Shown: positions 61,101-64,000 of the stretch, in pieces
Position numbering within the stretch: the first letter of the stretch is position 1
Layout of the letters: every line of letters begins with the position of its first letter
Assembly: GCA_963803435.1 (NCBI GenBank)
Contig: CAWDML010000001.1
Coordinates: forward strand, 2,720,001 to 2,784,000
Direction: 5' to 3'
Origin: an uncultured delta proteobacterium
GTDB taxonomy: Bacteria > Myxococcota > Kuafuiibacteriia > Kuafuiibacteriales > Kuafuiibacteriaceae
DNA: 64,000 nt
The notes under the pieces: model-generated
What the model was told of the DNA's origin: nothing
Seen by the model: only the letters and a program-made list of their open reading frames with translations
Database searches by the model: none
Translations under genes and position numbers: made by a program

Positions 61101-61417
61101 ACGCCTGCGACCAGCGCGACCGGCGGATGCTGATCGGGAGGTCGAACGCCGAGCGGTTCCAGACCGATCTGCGGGCGGCGCTCGCGTCGCGGGGCCTCCC
61201 CCAGGACGTCACCGTGCTGGCCGCCTCCCGGGGCGGACCGACCTACGGCAACGGACAGCGGGACTGGTTTTCCAGGACGTGGCGGCCGGCCGAGTACACG
61301 CCGGCCGACGACGGCGCGGCGTTGTATGTCAGCCACGGCAGCGCGGCGCTCGCCGCGCTCGGCGCGGTCTCGGTCGGCGAGGGTTACCTCATCTACGAAG
61401 CGCTCGACGACGACTGA
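58193..61417 (+). CDS. Large toxin-like protein: DUF4781-like central domain, Gly/Ala-rich hydrophobic helices and a putative C-terminal cysteine peptidase
   Basis: LPLFRV...FVDQEGRRYSSFDDW..N.LP; AAVVGGTIAGGLLIVGSGGTAAP helical hairpin; FGAHGS and VLDAC motifs. Confidence 0.55.
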   Translation: MSFLSAVTKAASAVLDQVKPPVPTPAAVQPAAQAVAQAVASAPAPTTLVAVPPDARAAAIAASSNPELARTADHRYADSSDEIDPYAVYLDPSCPADGRTIAVDDALASLHDGAHFDDLRPILEGRSPLGALSEREQTRVLDFATNAWRNHDGYRDLDALTAWSGQDRTRAAFVSHDLATRALAYESVYQAHPEIPIVQSFQQALAVAAVDAPGTPGRRREMIDALGPDAGILFAELQTGENNWGVGNMATGYSPELEERAEAAALLLDACRGGPTEGSAAVVAAGLSELTDDALQASRDLADFRDTVDLGSSFAHALAAETHPDDPAQAREEGDRLAEILATRDGRALVFSADRPLGARVETLLTVRAHPEWGTDLDPRRVEQAMLEPRARDLLELRGDAPMRLPGTDLENTVGMAFGFAVQGVPDDETEAQRNAREAGVAAGRYSLFTGEPAEGVIQPVVDQIRHVGGPDPQVTVLPIRIHDGDGAAVDLPLFRVQDGATGEDRFVDQEGRRYSSFDDWRHHNGLPSGRMIFPAGGHLTESGGGSVALQEGATPSTRDSAWEHFTHVADIAAVVGGTIAGGLLIVGSGGTAAPFVVGGAAAWGAYRSGDRLHDRYAHGQSINPLTDSQARALWLNAGADALTAATLGTSEVAARLGGAASALRPQAAAAAAILGAGATAIDATAAANVGWQLIRDWDQLSGSERAQLSLSLGFWSAGTAIAARRAFPNGIEAWLPGRNWSDAQYRDLFMATASPEARAELGSLTPSQLRALYPAGSVYPVGLDTAARFAGFGEFAAAHPAEARVLTEGVTYFDPAAIQSSIHQIGFSGTASRLEGMLPVITPARGQPGFVVVQRGPDTPDYFPERAIYPTTMFDHNGAFQQPGLALGRTTESPRRVPTEVPLAQGPLPSQLRVNGEPLASLDGVMVFGAHGSPSQFSGATTEQAATMVADQVAAARAAGRSIDYVVLDACDQRDRRMLIGRSNAERFQTDLRAALASRGLPQDVTVLAASRGGPTYGNGQRDWFSRTWRPAEYTPADDGAALYVSHGSAALAALGAVSVGEGYLIYEALDDD

Positions 61418-61451
61418 TCCCCTCCCGAGCCGCGTGGTAGCGTCCGCGGCC

Positions 61452-62945
61452 ATGACCGCATCCACCCGGATCGCCACCGGCCTCCTGATCCTCGGCCTCG
61501 CCGCGGGCTGCAGCGACAACGACGGCGGCGGCACATCCGACGCGGGAGACTCCGGCACCACCGCGGACACCGGCAACACCGACGCGGCGATCAAAGACTC
61601 GGGCGCGCCCGACACCGGCGAGGCGGACGCCGGCGCCACCGACGGCGGCTTCGTCCCGCCCGAGTACGATCGCTGGATCAAGTTCGAGCCCGAGGGCGCC
61701 CTCTGCTCCAACGGCAGCCCCTACAAGTTCTGGGTGAAGTTCTCCCGCACCTCGTCGAACACCGTCATCTTCCTCGAGGGCGGCGGCGCCTGCTGGGACT
61801 ACGCGAGCTGCACCGGCACCGGCATCCGCTCGGCGGCCAACCGCGACGGCCTGCCAGACTCGCACGCGACGGCCTATGCCAGCTTCGGCGGGATTTCCGT
61901 CCCCGTCGACACCGTCTATCCGCTCCTCAACTCGGACCCGAACGTGAATCCCATGGCGGACTGGAACAAGGTCTTCGTCCCCTACTGCACCGGGGACGTC
62001 TACTCGGGCGACACCACGGTGACGTACACCGACCCGAACGGCGTGGGCGCGCCCGTCGAGTTCCGGCACATGGGCCACGTCGACGTGCTCAAGAGCGTCG
62101 AGATGCTGTCGGGAATGTTCGAGCACATCCCGCGCATGTTCGTCGGCGGCTGCAGCGCCGGCGGCGCGGGCGCGATCATCAACTACTACTTCTTCCGGAC
62201 CGGCCTGACCGTCGACAAGGGCTACCTGCTCGACGACTCGGGTCCGATCTACCCGGACACGGCCACCACCTCCCGCTCGCGCCCGCTCCACGATCGGGTG
62301 CGGATGTCCTGGAACGTCGATCCGCTGATCGCGTCGGGCCCCCGGGCCTCCGAGGTCTCGCAGGACTTCGGCAACCTGGCCCGCGCCCTCGCCGAGGAGT
62401 TCCCGGAGGACCGCCTGGCCCACACGCAGTTCCGCCTCGACTACAACTACTCGCTGTACTCGTACGAGCGCTTCTACCAGGTCGATCCGTCGGGCGACGT
62501 GGTCCCCTTCGGCGACGGCACGGGCCTGGGCGGCCTCGGCCTCGACGAGACCGTCGCCCGCGATCGCACGGCCGTCTACGGCCTGTGGTGGGACGACACC
62601 GCCCTGTTGCGGGCGCAGTTCGACGGCATGAGCAACCTCGGCTACTTCATGCCGTACTACCGCGAGACCAACAGCAGCCACTGCGCCACCATCCCCGGCT
62701 TCGGCGAGTTCCCTCAGGACGAGCTCATCGACATCTTCCTCAACGACTTCCCGCGCCTGGCCTGGGCCGGCACGGAGCTGACGACGTCGAGCGGCACCAT
62801 CAACGAGCACGACTACGTCGAGCAGCTCCTCGACGACGCCACCCCGCTTCCCAGCTACTTCGAGGAGGACGGCGAGGGGCGGTTCCTGAGCTGCAGCCCG
62901 GACCCGAGGTACTACGACGAGATGATGTGCGCCGACGCGAACTGA
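61452..62945 (+). CDS. Pectinacetylesterase/Notum-family lipoprotein
   Basis: Lipobox AAGC; C.NGSP, FLEGGGACW, VPYCTGD, GCSAGG and DDSGP motifs. Confidence 0.85.
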   Translation: MTASTRIATGLLILGLAAGCSDNDGGGTSDAGDSGTTADTGNTDAAIKDSGAPDTGEADAGATDGGFVPPEYDRWIKFEPEGALCSNGSPYKFWVKFSRTSSNTVIFLEGGGACWDYASCTGTGIRSAANRDGLPDSHATAYASFGGISVPVDTVYPLLNSDPNVNPMADWNKVFVPYCTGDVYSGDTTVTYTDPNGVGAPVEFRHMGHVDVLKSVEMLSGMFEHIPRMFVGGCSAGGAGAIINYYFFRTGLTVDKGYLLDDSGPIYPDTATTSRSRPLHDRVRMSWNVDPLIASGPRASEVSQDFGNLARALAEEFPEDRLAHTQFRLDYNYSLYSYERFYQVDPSGDVVPFGDGTGLGGLGLDETVARDRTAVYGLWWDDTALLRAQFDGMSNLGYFMPYYRETNSSHCATIPGFGEFPQDELIDIFLNDFPRLAWAGTELTTSSGTINEHDYVEQLLDDATPLPSYFEEDGEGRFLSCSPDPRYYDEMMCADAN

Positions 62946-62954
62946 CCGCGCGCG

Positions 62955-64000
62955 TCAGGTGGACAGCTTCATGTCCAGGTTCGACAGCACCAGGTTGCCG
63001 GTGGGATCGAGCGTCAACTTGGCTTGCACCTGGGCGCGGCCCGCCGGCAGCTCCAGCAGGTCGGGGATCGAGACGGGATCCGAGGCCGCCTCCAGTCGCA
63101 CGCGGCCTTCGAGGTACGGCCAGCGTTGATCCGCCGACAGCGCGACCGTGTCCAGGTTGACGGTCCCCTCGGCGCCGGCGCTGAAGCGGACCACCGAGCG
63201 GGGGCCGAGCGGCAGACTGCCGGAGTGGAGCCGGAGCTGGAGCGCGGCGCTGGCGATCATGCCGCGCAGGCCCTTCTTGTCGAAGGCCAGCTCGGTGAGC
63301 CGGAGAGTGCCGTGCGAGCCGGGCGCCAGCGTCGCGCCGAGAATCGCCGAGGGTGAAGTGCGAGCTGGCGACGTCCGCGGTGGCCTCGACTCCGCCGGAG
63401 AAGGCAATCTCGTCCGAGCTCCCCAGCAGGCGGCCGCTGCCGCGCGCGGTCAGCTGGCTCACTTCGAGCTGTCCCAGCCCCAGGTCGGCCACCATCTCGG
63501 GCACGGTCAGGCACGCGCCCTCGACCTCGACGTCGAACGAGAGCCGCTGTCCGGAGAAGGCCGCGTGGCCCGAGACCCGCGCCGGTGAGAGCGAGGCGAC
63601 CGCCGGCTTCCCGCCGATGGAGAACGAGAATCCTTCCGCCGGCCAGCTCGCTCGTCAGGTGCTCGGCGCTCAGCGACAGCTCCGGTTCGAATCCGCTGCG
63701 CACCACGATCTCGACCCCGCTGAGTACCGTCGGTCCGAACACCAGCTCGCCGTCCTCTCCCAGCGAGACTCGGGCGCGCTCGGCCCGCACCCAGGCGTCC
63801 GAGACCCCGAGGTACATCTCCTTGTTCCCGTCCTCCCCGAACAGGCGCCACTCGCCGTCCCCCGCCGCCGACACGCCCTCGAGCGAGAACCCGCGGCCCG
63901 CGATGTGCGAGCGCTCGAGGTGGGCATGACCGCGGATGATCAACGCCGTCCTGCTGTACTCGACGTCGATCTTGGTCTCCTTCCCCAGCATCACCAGGCC
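62955..64000 (-). CDS. C-terminal part of a beta-rich hypothetical protein, apparently with two or more frameshifts
   Basis: Coherent beta-strand-rich sequence passes through three consecutive minus-strand frames (63257-63994, 62800-63504, 62955-63407). Confidence 0.45.

Overview
This is a high-GC bacterial window with a Myxococcota-like signature: three Hanks Ser/Thr kinases, many lipoproteins and a MYXO-CTERM protein. About 40 real CDS are supported; most other ORFs in the track are GC-rich shadow frames. The left 13.6 kb is accessory. It holds the thioesterase end of an NRPS/PKS, a kinase with an in-frame triplicated 78-bp palindromic element, and two decayed IS-like elements. One element has an IS1182-like transposase and the other an IS5/IS1031-like transposase. 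Each carries a four-helix-bundle (23S rRNA intervening-sequence protein/Avd-like) gene, and each has terminal inverted repeats extended inward by mirror-image short-tandem-repeat arms. These elements precisely bracket a 7.3-kb cassette of response regulator-kinase, membrane hybrid kinase, fatty acyl-AMP ligase, ACP and crotonase that is organised like a fatty-acid signal system; a P450 lies just beyond. The rest includes glpK, trxB, copA/copZ, bolA, an orphan E1-beta, proline dehydrogenase, an unannotated UGA-recoded SelW/Rdx selenoprotein with a SECIS-like hairpin, an alpha-2-macroglobulin, and a toxin-like protein with a caspase-like His/Cys pair. Several isolated single-base frameshifts suggest sequencing or assembly indels. 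All calls come from motif recognition by eye; no database searches were run.
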